The position numbers and the translations under genes are program-made. Source: an uncultured Anaerolineales bacterium (GTDB lineage Bacteria; Planctomycetota; Phycisphaerae; FEN-1346). From it: 64,000 bases of DNA. The stretch spans positions 11,289-75,288 of the forward strand of contig CAYWVR010000011.1 of assembly GCA_964461715.1 (NCBI GenBank), given 5' to 3'. Each line of letters opens with the position of its first letter. Positions within the stretch are counted from its first letter, which is position 1. The notes under the pieces are model-generated. The model saw only the letters and a list, made by a program, of their open reading frames with translations. It ran no database searches and had not been told where the DNA came from. Shown piece after piece: positions 46,548 through 54,970 of this stretch.

Positions 46548-47675
46548 GTGAGGACGCGATTCACGATCGCTTTCGTTGCCGCACTCGCCGCGGCGTCCGT
46601 CTGCCGGGCCGCCGCGCCCGTTCTGCCCCTGCCCGCCGCCCCCGAGGCCGAGCCCGCGCCGGCGGAGCCGGCCGCCCCCGAGGACCCGTTCGAGGCGCAC
46701 TTGGCGTCGGGCAACGAGGCGGCCGAGGCCAAGGACTTTGCGAGGGCCGCCGGTGAGTTCCGCGCCGCGGCCCAGCTCGCCGCCGACGCCGAGGAGCCCC
46801 GCCGCTACGTCGCGGCCATGACGTCGCTGGCCCGGGCGCGGGAGGCGCAGGGCCGTCGCGACGACGCCCAAACCGCCGCCGCCGCCGCCCTCGACGCCGC
46901 CGAGGCCACCTACGGCCGGAACCATCGCGAGGTCGTCCGGTTGCTCGAGCACCTCGGCCGCCTTTCCCGGTCGATGCGGCGGTACGAGGAGGCCCGGGCC
47001 TACTTCGAGCGGGCCCGCCAGGCGATCCTGCGGACGCTCGGGCCCGGCTCGGCCCGCAACGCCGCCCTCCTCTACGAGCTCGCCCGCACCTACCAGCTCG
47101 CCGGGAAGCTGAACACGGCGGACCTTCTGGCGCGGCGGGCGCTGGCCCTCGTGGAGAACAACCGGGTCGCCGACGACCCGGAGGTGGGGCGTGCGGCCAG
47201 CCTCGTTGCCTCCGTCGCCTTGGATATGGAGAAATATGAGGAGGCCGAGGCGTACAACAAGCGGGCCCTCGAGATCGCCGAAAAGGCCTTCGGCGCCGAG
47301 CACGTCAACGTGGCGGTCGTCCTCAACAACCTCGCCAACACCTACCGCGCTCGGGGCCGCCACGACGATGCCGCCCCCCTCTACGAGCGGGCCCTCGCGA
47401 TCCTCGAAGCCGAGTTCGGAAAGGACCACCCGCAGCTCATCCTTGCCCTGGGGAACCTCGCCGCCAACCGCATCGGCCAGGGCCGCCCTGACCAGGCCCG
47501 GGCCCGCCTCGACCGCCTCCTTGCCATCTACGAGGCTCACGCCGCCGAATCCGACGCCGTCGCCGACGTCCTGGACCAGTGCGCCGCCGCTTGGCGCAAG
47601 GCCGGCGAGGAGGCCAAGGCCAAGGCCCTCGAAACGAAGGCGAAGGCGATTCGAGAGGCAGAAGAACAGAAGTAG
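46548..47675 (+). CDS. secreted tetratricopeptide-repeat protein (TPR_10/12-like)
   Basis: Putative GTG start 46548 is preceded by AAGGAGG at 10-nt spacing. Signal peptide RTRFTIAFVAALAAASVCRAAA. Repeated A..Y..AL.I.E...G..HP.VA..LNNLA units. Confidence 0.7.
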   Translation: MRTRFTIAFVAALAAASVCRAAAPVLPLPAAPEAEPAPAEPAAPEDPFEAHLASGNEAAEAKDFARAAGEFRAAAQLAADAEEPRRYVAAMTSLARAREAQGRRDDAQTAAAAALDAAEATYGRNHREVVRLLEHLGRLSRSMRRYEEARAYFERARQAILRTLGPGSARNAALLYELARTYQLAGKLNTADLLARRALALVENNRVADDPEVGRAASLVASVALDMEKYEEAEAYNKRALEIAEKAFGAEHVNVAVVLNNLANTYRARGRHDDAAPLYERALAILEAEFGKDHPQLILALGNLAANRIGQGRPDQARARLDRLLAIYEAHAAESDAVADVLDQCAAAWRKAGEEAKAKALETKAKAIREAEEQK

Positions 47676-47805
47676 GAAACCAGGGGACGGGGGAACCCCC
47701 TGACCGGGTGGCCGGCGAAAGCAGAGGCGCGGCCCGGCCGGCGCGTCGCCTTCGTTGTTTCTTGGCCTGGCCCCTTGGTCCGGTGGTTATCCCCTCCCCG
47801 TGCGT

Positions 47806-49305
47806 TCACCATCTCCGATCCTCCGTCTTCCCATGCCCGAGCAGCAGCCCCGTCACGAGGTACCGGAGCGCATCGATCGGGTGGTCCGAACCGTCCTTGG
47901 CGGGCTTCTCGGACACCTCGCCGCCCCTCCGCCGCCGCCACCGGTACGCCTGCATGGCCCGCACCAGGTGGCGGCACGATGGGTCGATCACGAGGCCCGG
48001 GCCGCCCGGCCGGTCCTTCAGCAGCCTCCGCACGAGCTCGATGCCCTCGTGCACCCCGGACCGCGGCGAGCGGACCCGCATGCCCATCCGCGCGAGCTCC
48101 TGGCACGGGCCGGTGCCCGTCACGTCCGACCGTTGCCACCCCGCCGGGTCGCCGAAGGTGGCGGTCACGGGTCCCGGGTCGAGGGCCTGCATGGCCCGGG
48201 CGTGCTCGGCGATGCGGCGCTCGCGGGCGACGTACTCGGCCAGGACCCGCACCTGGACGTTCGAGAGGTCGGCGTCGACGCCCGTCCCGCCGGGCCGGCC
48301 CTGGACCTGGACCCAGAGGCAGACGAACGGATTGGCATATCCGAAATCGAGGGCCCGGTAGAGCGGCCACTCCGCCTCCCACGCCGCCGGCCCCACGTGC
48401 CGCGCGGGGTCGAACTCCGAGAACACCGCCGCTTCGGTCCGCGGCCGCAGGCACAGCATCTCCGTCTCCCATGCCGCGCGGCTGGCGCGGGCCTGCTGGG
48501 CAAGGGCGTCGTCGATGGGGAGGTACCCGGCGGCCTCGCGGGCCCGCCCGCCGCAGTCCGTCCAGAGCGGACACCGGCTGCACGCCCGGTCCGGCCCGCA
48601 CCGCTCGATGACCTCCCAGAGGCACCACGTGAGCAGCCGCGGCCCGTTTGCCTCGGGCGGCCCGCCGCGGCCGATCCGATCGACGAGCGCGGCCATGGGG
48701 CCGAAGGGGCGGTGCATCGTCGAGAAGGCCTCGATATGGGCCGGGAGCCATTCGCCCTCCGACCCCGGCCCGGACTGCGTCACGAACTGGGCCGCCTGCC
48801 ATACCTCGGGCGTGAACTCGTCCACCTCGTCGCACCGCAGCCGATGGACCCGCACGCCGCGCACCGAGCGCGGCGACTGCGTGAGGACCTCGATTTCCGA
48901 CCCGTTCGCCAGCACCGTCCGCCGGGCCGTGGGCGGTCGTGCCAGGTGCGCCCCCAAGCGCCCCTGCCACTTCCGCCCGAGGGACGCGTACATCTTCCGC
49001 GACTGCTCCAGGCTCCCGCCGAGAATCCGGGTGCGACAGCCCGGGCGGAACATCGAATCGAGATGCGTCGCCACGGAGCCGAGCTCCGTCTTCGCGCCGC
49101 CGCGACACGCCCAGACCACCACGTCGCGCCCCGGAAAAAAGAACGAACGGGCCAGGTACTCCAGCGGCGCCGCGTGCCCCTCGCACACCGCCCGGTCCGG
49201 CACATCCAGCCCGTAGACCGCCCGCACGAACGCCCGGAGCGTGTTCCTGGAGCGCGGCGGGGTCCGAAGGATCGCGTCGACGAGCGGGGTCCAATCGCGG
49301 GTCAT
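47806..49305 (-). CDS. phage terminase large subunit-like protein
   Basis: Walker A-like VWACRGGAKTE; Walker B RLRCDEVDEF; C-terminal RNase-H-like nuclease motifs (ALDFGY..., DHPIDALRY). Start MTRDWTPL at CAT 49303-49305, preceded on the minus strand by AAGGAG. Confidence 0.7.
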   Translation of the reverse strand: MTRDWTPLVDAILRTPPRSRNTLRAFVRAVYGLDVPDRAVCEGHAAPLEYLARSFFFPGRDVVVWACRGGAKTELGSVATHLDSMFRPGCRTRILGGSLEQSRKMYASLGRKWQGRLGAHLARPPTARRTVLANGSEIEVLTQSPRSVRGVRVHRLRCDEVDEFTPEVWQAAQFVTQSGPGSEGEWLPAHIEAFSTMHRPFGPMAALVDRIGRGGPPEANGPRLLTWCLWEVIERCGPDRACSRCPLWTDCGGRAREAAGYLPIDDALAQQARASRAAWETEMLCLRPRTEAAVFSEFDPARHVGPAAWEAEWPLYRALDFGYANPFVCLWVQVQGRPGGTGVDADLSNVQVRVLAEYVARERRIAEHARAMQALDPGPVTATFGDPAGWQRSDVTGTGPCQELARMGMRVRSPRSGVHEGIELVRRLLKDRPGGPGLVIDPSCRHLVRAMQAYRWRRRRGGEVSEKPAKDGSDHPIDALRYLVTGLLLGHGKTEDRRW

Positions 49306-49395
49306 GGCAGGGCTCCTTACCCCGGGGGCTTCTCCTCGGGCATGGAAGGCAACCAGGGGACCGAACAAGCCGGTTGCCGGGTCCCCCTTTTGTCC

Positions 49396-50010
49396 TCACT
49401 CTCTCCCACACGCCTCCAGATACCAGCACGCCAACCGCTCCAGCCGTTCGGCCCGGTCGGGCCGGGTACTCATGGCGGCGCGGGCGATGGCGGCCAGGGC
49501 CTCGGTGACGGCGGCATGCTGCTCGGGCCGCAGGAAGAACGTCATCGGCCGAAACGGCGGCGCGGCATCGGCAGGCGGGCGCAGGTCGGGGGGCGGTTGG
49601 GCGAGGGCCAGCAGACGCTCGATTCCGTCCGGCGGCTCGGGAAGGAACCGGGCCAGGTCCCGCGGGCTTCGCCCTTCCGCCAGCCGGGCCACCAGGGCCG
49701 CGCGCCGAGTCGGGTCGTCGCGTCCCTCCAGCCGGTTCAGCGTCGCGAGCAGGAGCCGGGCTTCCTCGTCCTCGACCTCCCACACGTCGCACCGGGCCTG
49801 CGTGTGGCCGAGGTCCCTGAGGACCCGCGCCCGGTGGTGCCCGTTCAGAATCTGGTACCGCCCGCCGCACGCTGGTCGCACGGTCAGCGGCTCGTATCGC
49901 CCGGTCCGCGCGACGTGCCGTCGAAGCACCTCGAGCGCCCGCGGCGCCATGCGGTTGGCGTTCTCCGGATGGGCGTCGAGCGCGGCGAGGGGGAGGGTTC
50001 GGAGGGTCAT
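49396..50010 (-). CDS. ParB-like nuclease domain protein
   Basis: LDAHPENANRM...YQILNGHHRARVLRDLG is ParB N-terminal (ParB/Srx) domain motif. CAT 50008-50010 is preceded on the minus strand by AAGGAGAAG. Confidence 0.65.
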   Translation of the reverse strand: MTLRTLPLAALDAHPENANRMAPRALEVLRRHVARTGRYEPLTVRPACGGRYQILNGHHRARVLRDLGHTQARCDVWEVEDEEARLLLATLNRLEGRDDPTRRAALVARLAEGRSPRDLARFLPEPPDGIERLLALAQPPPDLRPPADAAPPFRPMTFFLRPEQHAAVTEALAAIARAAMSTRPDRAERLERLACWYLEACGRE

Positions 50011-50127
50011 GGCGTCTTCTCCTTCTGGGCAGAGGAACGGGCCAACAAGGTGACGCGGGGACCAAGCGACCGGGGACGGCAACGACCGCACCGTCGTTTT
50101 CGTCGGTCCCCCGGTCTGCCCGGTCGG

Positions 50128-50559
50128 TTAGTCACCCGCCTTCCCGATGATCTCCAGCATCCGCCCCACGGCCTCGTCGGGGAGCGCGGCCAGGCGTTTC
50201 GCGAGGGGGTCGTCCTCGGGCGTCGTCTTCGGTTCGGGCGGCGGGGCGGGGACGAGCGGCTCGACGCCCAGGCGCAGGACCTCCCGGGCCGCCTGACGCG
50301 CCTCCGACGCCGACTCCGACTCCAGCTCCGCAATGAGCCGCGCCGCGGCCGCCGGCGCCCAGAGCCGAAGCGCCGCCCGGGCCTGGGCCAGCGGCTCCCG
50401 CAGCTTCTCCTCCACCAGGGCCCGGAAGGCGGGGGCCTCCAGCCACCGGCGGAGCGTCTCCGGGCGGACCCCCACCGCCCGGGCCGCCTCGTCCACGCGA
50501 AACGTGTGCCTCATGAGCGACTCGGCGGCCTTGTGATGGCGACAGGTGATCTTCTTCAT
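50128..50559 (-). CDS. HTH DNA-binding protein (possible terminase small subunit)
   Basis: 143 aa with a MerR/excisionase-like HTH (FRVDEAARAVGVRPETLRRWL). CAT 50557-50559 is preceded on the minus strand by GGGAGAC. Position is upstream of the ParB-like and terminase genes. Confidence 0.45.
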   Translation of the reverse strand: MKKITCRHHKAAESLMRHTFRVDEAARAVGVRPETLRRWLEAPAFRALVEEKLREPLAQARAALRLWAPAAAARLIAELESESASEARQAAREVLRLGVEPLVPAPPPEPKTTPEDDPLAKRLAALPDEAVGRMLEIIGKAGD

Positions 50560-51320
50560 GGCGAGGTCTCCCATTCGGGGGGCGTCTCGGGCCGCCGCCA
50601 CAGGTAGTAGACCGGGGCGGCCCCGAGGTGGCGGGCCACGAGGTCCAGCAGCCGGGCGTGCGGCGGGCGCTGGGTCTGATGGTTCTTCGCGCCGAGATAC
50701 GAGCGGGCCCACCGTGCCAGCTCCCGATCGACAAATCGCCGCATCGCGGGCGAAAGGGTCTCGAGCGCCTCGGCCATTGCCGCGGGGCGATGCGCGACGG
50801 AAAGGTCGAGACCGGCGGCGTCCAGGGCGCTTCGCAATCGTTCGGCCTGCGGCGGCGCCGACGGCGGATAGGCCGTCATCCCCGCCCGCTCGAAGAAGGG
50901 ATGGACGCGGCCCATGGCGGCGAGGGCCTCGACGTACGGCGTCCCGACCGCCGGCAGCGTCTCGCGCACCAGCCGCGCCGCCAGGCCCAGCCCCCGCCAG
51001 TTCGGCGCGACGACGACGCGGCTGACGATGCGCAGCTCCCGGTTCACGAGGTCCGCCAGGGCCACGCGCCCCAGCCGCCCGAGCCGGTACCGCCCGCCCG
51101 TCGCGCGGTTCCGGGCGGCCAGGCTCAGCGGGCTGCGGCTGTAGACGAGGACGCCCACCCGGGTCGGCCGGCCGCCGGCCCCGTGGCGCATCGCGAAGAC
51201 GTCCGTGATCGCCCCGGCCCCGTGGCCGCGGTAATGAAGCGGCGCGAGCGCCCGCCAGGCGGCGCGCGTCCCGCGCTCGATCCGGACCTCTTCGGTCAGC
51301 GTGCATGGGCGGCGGGTCAT
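50556..51320 (-). CDS. hypothetical protein, weak GNAT-acetyltransferase-like motif
   Basis: 254 aa; VVVAPNWRGLGLAARLVRE resembles GNAT motif A (R/Q-x-x-G-x-G/A). 4-nt overlap with both neighbours on the minus strand. Confidence 0.4.
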   Translation of the reverse strand: MTRRPCTLTEEVRIERGTRAAWRALAPLHYRGHGAGAITDVFAMRHGAGGRPTRVGVLVYSRSPLSLAARNRATGGRYRLGRLGRVALADLVNRELRIVSRVVVAPNWRGLGLAARLVRETLPAVGTPYVEALAAMGRVHPFFERAGMTAYPPSAPPQAERLRSALDAAGLDLSVAHRPAAMAEALETLSPAMRRFVDRELARWARSYLGAKNHQTQRPPHARLLDLVARHLGAAPVYYLWRRPETPPEWETSP

Positions 51321-52054
51321 CGGGCGCGCTCCCGGCCCGTCTCTCGGTCCGGGTCGGCGTAGTAGACGTCGGCGGCAGTTCCGGCGGCCTTGACGACGAG
51401 GACGTCCGGGGCGAGGTCGTCGAGGATGTCGTCGTGGGCGCAGGCGGCCAGGATCGTCAGGTTCCGCCGGTCCGCCAGCCGCCGCAGCCGATACGCCACC
51501 GCCCGGGCGCAGAGCCGGTCGAGCGTCGAGGCCAGCTCGTCCGCCACCAGAACCCGCCACGCCTCGGGCGGGGCCGCGTCGGCCTCCACGTCCGCCAGGC
51601 CCAGGGCCGCCAGCGCGTGCGCCAGCCGCAGCCGCCACCGCTGCCCCTCGCTCAGCTCCCCCGGCCGCCTCAGCAACACGAACGCGTCCGCCAGCCCGGC
51701 CGTGCTCGCCAGGTACAGCGTCTCGTCGAGCGGCAGGCCGAACCCGTCGACGACGCGCTTGCGCGGCGGGGGCTCGATGTCCGCCAGATTCACGATCCGG
51801 GCCCGCGCCTCCGCCGCCCGCAGGCTCGCGACGAGCCGCCGCAGGCCCGCGCTCTTGCCGCACCCGGACGGGCCCGTCAGGAAGACGACGTCGCCCGGCC
51901 GCACGTCCACCGCGAGCCCGTCGTAGAGGCGGACCTCGTCGCGCTCGTCCAGGCCGAGGCCGAACATCTCGGCCACCGCCTCGACCCGCCGGCTCGGGCG
52001 CCCCCGCGCCCGGCCGCGGGCGGAGAACTTTTCGTTGATCGTATGCAGCGCCAT
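51317..52054 (-). CDS. standalone ABC-type ATPase (nucleotide-binding domain only)
   Basis: GPSGCGKS is Walker A; LSEGQRWRL is the signature; LVADE is Walker B; LAS is the D-loop; AAHD is the H-loop. No adjacent permease. CAT 52052-52054 is preceded on the minus strand by AAGGAG. Confidence 0.65.
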   Translation of the reverse strand: MALHTINEKFSARGRARGRPSRRVEAVAEMFGLGLDERDEVRLYDGLAVDVRPGDVVFLTGPSGCGKSAGLRRLVASLRAAEARARIVNLADIEPPPRKRVVDGFGLPLDETLYLASTAGLADAFVLLRRPGELSEGQRWRLRLAHALAALGLADVEADAAPPEAWRVLVADELASTLDRLCARAVAYRLRRLADRRNLTILAACAHDDILDDLAPDVLVVKAAGTAADVYYADPDRETGRERAR

Positions 52055-52069
52055 CGTTAGTCTCCTTGC

Positions 52070-52372
52070 ATGATCCTGTTGAAGAAGAAGTTCCTGGAGG
52101 CGGTCCGCTCGGGGGCCAAGCGGCAGACGATCCGCGTGTGGCCGAAGCGGCGTCTGAAGGCGGGGCAGGGGGAGTTCATCCCCGGCCTCGGACGCATCCG
52201 CATCACCGCCTTCGAGCCCGTGCGACCGGAGGACCTGACTGAGCAGGACGCGCGCCTGGACGGGTTCGCGTCCCGCGAGGCGCTGCTCGCCGAGCTTCGT
52301 GCCCTGTACGGCGCCGACCTCGCCACCGTCCCGTGCTTCCGCATCCGCTTCGTATGGCCGGCCGAGCCGTAG
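52070..52372 (+). CDS. ASCH-domain protein
   Basis: KKKFLEAVRSGAKRQTIRVW is the ASCH N-terminal motif. Its start is only 15 bp from the divergent ATPase start and has no SD, so the start is uncertain. Confidence 0.55.
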   Translation: MILLKKKFLEAVRSGAKRQTIRVWPKRRLKAGQGEFIPGLGRIRITAFEPVRPEDLTEQDARLDGFASREALLAELRALYGADLATVPCFRIRFVWPAEP

Positions 52373-52384
52373 CGGCGTCCGATC

Positions 52385-52789
52385 TTACTCGTCCCCATCG
52401 CCGCCCCCCTTCCGTCGTTTCCGCCTCGCCTCGGCCCGGGCGACCTTGCGTTCGATGCGATGGATGCGGCGGCGGAGGGCCGTGGCGGAGAGGGCCCGGC
52501 CGTCCTCGGCATAGAGCTCTCGCCGGGCGATCTCCCGTAGCGACACCCGCCCGAGGATGTGGAGCCGCGCGAGCCGCCGCTCCTCGCCCGAGAGGGCCGT
52601 CCAGTTCCGGACCGTCGCGACGAGCCGCGGATCGGTGGCCCGGCGTCGGGCCCGGCGGACGATCTGTCGCACGGCGTCCCGCGTCACCCCGCACGCCGCC
52701 GCCAACTGCCGGTACGACGCCCCGCGAACGTGATAGAGCTCCAGCAGGGCCCGTTCGCGGGGCGTCAGGGTCCGCAAGGCGGCCTTCAT
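52385..52789 (-). CDS. small protein with two tandem sigma-70 region-4-like HTH motifs
   Basis: LTPRERALLELYHVRGASYRQLAAACGVTRDAVRQIVRRARRR and LSGEERRLARLHILGRVSLREIARRE both fit the region-4 pattern (ER.vl.L....G.s..EIA). Start MKAALRTL at CAT 52787-52789. Confidence 0.5.
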   Translation of the reverse strand: MKAALRTLTPRERALLELYHVRGASYRQLAAACGVTRDAVRQIVRRARRRATDPRLVATVRNWTALSGEERRLARLHILGRVSLREIARRELYAEDGRALSATALRRRIHRIERKVARAEARRKRRKGGGDGDE

Positions 52790-52891
52790 GGTGGCGTGAG
52801 GGGCGATCTGACGGGCGTTTTGGTCGGGGCCGGGGCTTGCGTCCTCCGGAGACACGGCGACTCCCTTCCGGGCTCGGGTGTTCGCTAGCAA

Positions 52892-53036
52892 TCGTACTCA
52901 CAGTATAGCTTGTGTTTGCTGGAAGTCAACCCGCAGTTTGAAAAAGCCCCTATTTTTTGTTGACGCGGATTCGCACACGAGTAAACTTCAGGCGACAACG
53001 AGGGGTAAGCGGCCCCATCAAGCCGGGGAGGCAACG
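52892..53036. promoter_or_regulatory. AT-rich divergent promoter/operator region between the region-4 HTH gene and the CI/LexA-like repressor
   Basis: Lowest-GC stretch in the window. TTGACG...TAAACT is a -35/-10 candidate for the repressor. Imperfect palindrome CACAGTATAGCTTGTG. Confidence 0.4.
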
Positions 53037-53936
53037 ATGGGTCTCAAGGACAACCTGAAGGAGTTGGCCCGTCTCCGTCGTGAGCTCGGCATGCTCCGCG
53101 ACACGGACGCCTTCCGCCAGCGCGTGCGCCGGGCCCGCAAGGGGCGCGGCATGACGCTCGAGGAGTTGGCCTCCGCCACGGGTATGGCCAAGAGCTACCT
53201 GTCGCAGATCGAGACCGGCGCCGCCAGCCCGCCCCGCGACGACAAGGTCCGCCGCATCGCCGCCGCCCTCGGCCTCGACGAGGTCGAGCTCGTGAGCCTG
53301 GCCCGCCACGCCCAGTTGCCCGACGAGATGCGCGAGCGGATGGCCCGCCTCGCGACGATCTTCGACATGACCGAGGAGCGGATTCAGAACCTCCTCGAGG
53401 TCCAGGCCCTGCGCGAATCCGCCGACGCCGCCCCCGTCGACCTCGACGCCCTCCACCGAAGCGGCCTCCTGGAGAAGCTCGCCGCCTGGGGCGAACCCGC
53501 CCCGCCCGCCCGCCTCCGGCGCGTCCCCATCATCAACAAGGTCTCCGCCGGGTACTCCGTCGAGTTCACGGACCTCGACTACCCCGTGGGCGTGGCCGAC
53601 GAGTACATCGCCGTGCCCGTCGACCTCGGCGACCCGCATGCCTTTGCCGTCCGCGTCGTCGGCGACTCCATGGAGCCGCGGTACCACGAGGGCGACGTCG
53701 TGATCCTCAGCCCCGCCGAGACCATTCAGAGCGGCGACGACTGCTTCGTCCGCTTCGCCCCGGAGGTGCGCCGGAAGGGCAACGAGGCCACGTTCAAGCG
53801 CGTCTTCTTCGACGCCGAAGACGCTGTGCGGCTCCAGCCGTTGAACGAGAGCTACCCGCCCGACGTCGTGGGGCCCGCGGAGATCGCCGGCATCTACCGG
53901 GCCGTCGCCCGCTACGAGAAGCTCGAGCGCAAGTGA
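53037..53936 (+). CDS. CI/LexA-like repressor (XRE-family HTH + S24 peptidase domain)
   Basis: ATG 53037 follows GGGAGG. HTH LEELASATGMAKSYLSQIETG. C-terminal S24 domain with GDSMEP (Ser nucleophile) and a downstream basic residue region (FKRV). Confidence 0.8.
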   Translation: MGLKDNLKELARLRRELGMLRDTDAFRQRVRRARKGRGMTLEELASATGMAKSYLSQIETGAASPPRDDKVRRIAAALGLDEVELVSLARHAQLPDEMRERMARLATIFDMTEERIQNLLEVQALRESADAAPVDLDALHRSGLLEKLAAWGEPAPPARLRRVPIINKVSAGYSVEFTDLDYPVGVADEYIAVPVDLGDPHAFAVRVVGDSMEPRYHEGDVVILSPAETIQSGDDCFVRFAPEVRRKGNEATFKRVFFDAEDAVRLQPLNESYPPDVVGPAEIAGIYRAVARYEKLERK

Positions 53937-53944
53937 GGCTCGCC

Positions 53945-54970
53945 ATGGACGACGACGTCATCCTGATGGCCGACGGCGGGGGCGGCGAGCGGATGCTGGA
54001 GCTCATCCGGCGCGAGATTCTCGCCCGCTTCGCACCGGGCGGCCGGGGGCAACTCGCGCGCCTCTTTGACGCGGCCGTCCTCGATCCCGGCCCCGGCCCG
54101 ATCGCCTTTACGACCGACAGCTACGTCGTGCGGCCGCTCGAGTTTCCGGGCGGCAACATCGGCCGCCTTGCCGTCGCGGGCACCGTCAACGACCTGGCGT
54201 GCGCCGGGGCGCGGCCGGTGGCCCTGTCGCTGGCGCTGATTCTGGAGGAGGGCCTGCCGCTCGCCACCCTTCGGCGGGTGCTCGACGCCGCGGCCAAGGC
54301 GGCCCGCGAGACGGGGGCGGCGGTGGTGTGCGGCGACACGAAGGTCGTCGAGCATGGAAGCGCCGACGGGATGTACATCAATACCGCCGGCATCGGACGC
54401 ATCGAGACCGCCCGGGCCCTGGGACCCGAGACGATCCGCCCCGGCGACCGCGTCCTCGTCTCCGGCACCCTCGGCGACCACGGCGTGGCCGTGATGAGCC
54501 GCCGCGAGGGCCTCGAATTCGAGGCGGCGGTCGCAAGCGACGCCGCCCCCCTCTGGCCCCTCGCCGAGGCGCTCATGAACGCATGTCCGAACCTTCGGGC
54601 CCTCAAGGACCCGACGCGCGGCGGGCTGGCGGCGGCGGTGAACGAGATGGCCGAGGCGGCCGGCGTCGGCATCGAGATCGAGGAAGCCGCCGTCCCCGTG
54701 CGCCCGGCGGTGGCCGGGGCCTGTGAGGCCCTGGGGCTCGACGTCCTCACGGTCGCGAACGAGGGAAAGTTCGTCGTCGTCGCCCCGCCCGACGAAGCCG
54801 AGGCCGCCCTGGCCGCCATGCACGCCCACCCCCTCGGCCGCGCCGCCCGCTCCATCGGCGCCGTCCACGACGCAGGCCCCCCCGGCCCCCGCGTCACGTT
54901 GATCACCTCGATCGGCGGTCGCCGCGTCCTCGAAATGCCCTACGGCGAAGATCTGCCGCGCATCTGCTGA
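53945..54970 (+). CDS. hypE: [NiFe] hydrogenase maturation protein HypE (carbamoyl dehydratase)
   Basis: Near-complete collinear similarity to E. coli HypE, including FTTDSYVV.PLFFPGGNIG.LA..GT.ND.A..GA.P, VSGTLGDHG and the C-terminal PRIC. Begins 9 nt after the repressor stop. Confidence 0.9.
   Translation: MDDDVILMADGGGGERMLELIRREILARFAPGGRGQLARLFDAAVLDPGPGPIAFTTDSYVVRPLEFPGGNIGRLAVAGTVNDLACAGARPVALSLALILEEGLPLATLRRVLDAAAKAARETGAAVVCGDTKVVEHGSADGMYINTAGIGRIETARALGPETIRPGDRVLVSGTLGDHGVAVMSRREGLEFEAAVASDAAPLWPLAEALMNACPNLRALKDPTRGGLAAAVNEMAEAAGVGIEIEEAAVPVRPAVAGACEALGLDVLTVANEGKFVVVAPPDEAEAALAAMHAHPLGRAARSIGAVHDAGPPGPRVTLITSIGGRRVLEMPYGEDLPRIC

Noticed and set aside
47537-50607. Giant ORFs 47537..50065 (-, 842 aa) and 47755..50607 (+, 950 aa), plus 48780..49508-type ORFs overlapping the terminase/ParB region
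   Set aside because: Their translations are Arg/Gly/Pro/Ala low-complexity without motifs. They run antisense or out of frame to ORFs with clear terminase and ParB motifs and SD-supported starts. They are a typical high-GC stop-codon-poor artefact.
53933-53947. GTG start (53933) for hypE as listed in the ORF track
   Set aside because: The GTG overlaps the repressor stop codon and gives an MRLA prefix. The ATG at 53945 yields the N-terminus MDDDVILMADGGGG, collinear with HypE N-termini, so the ATG is preferred.
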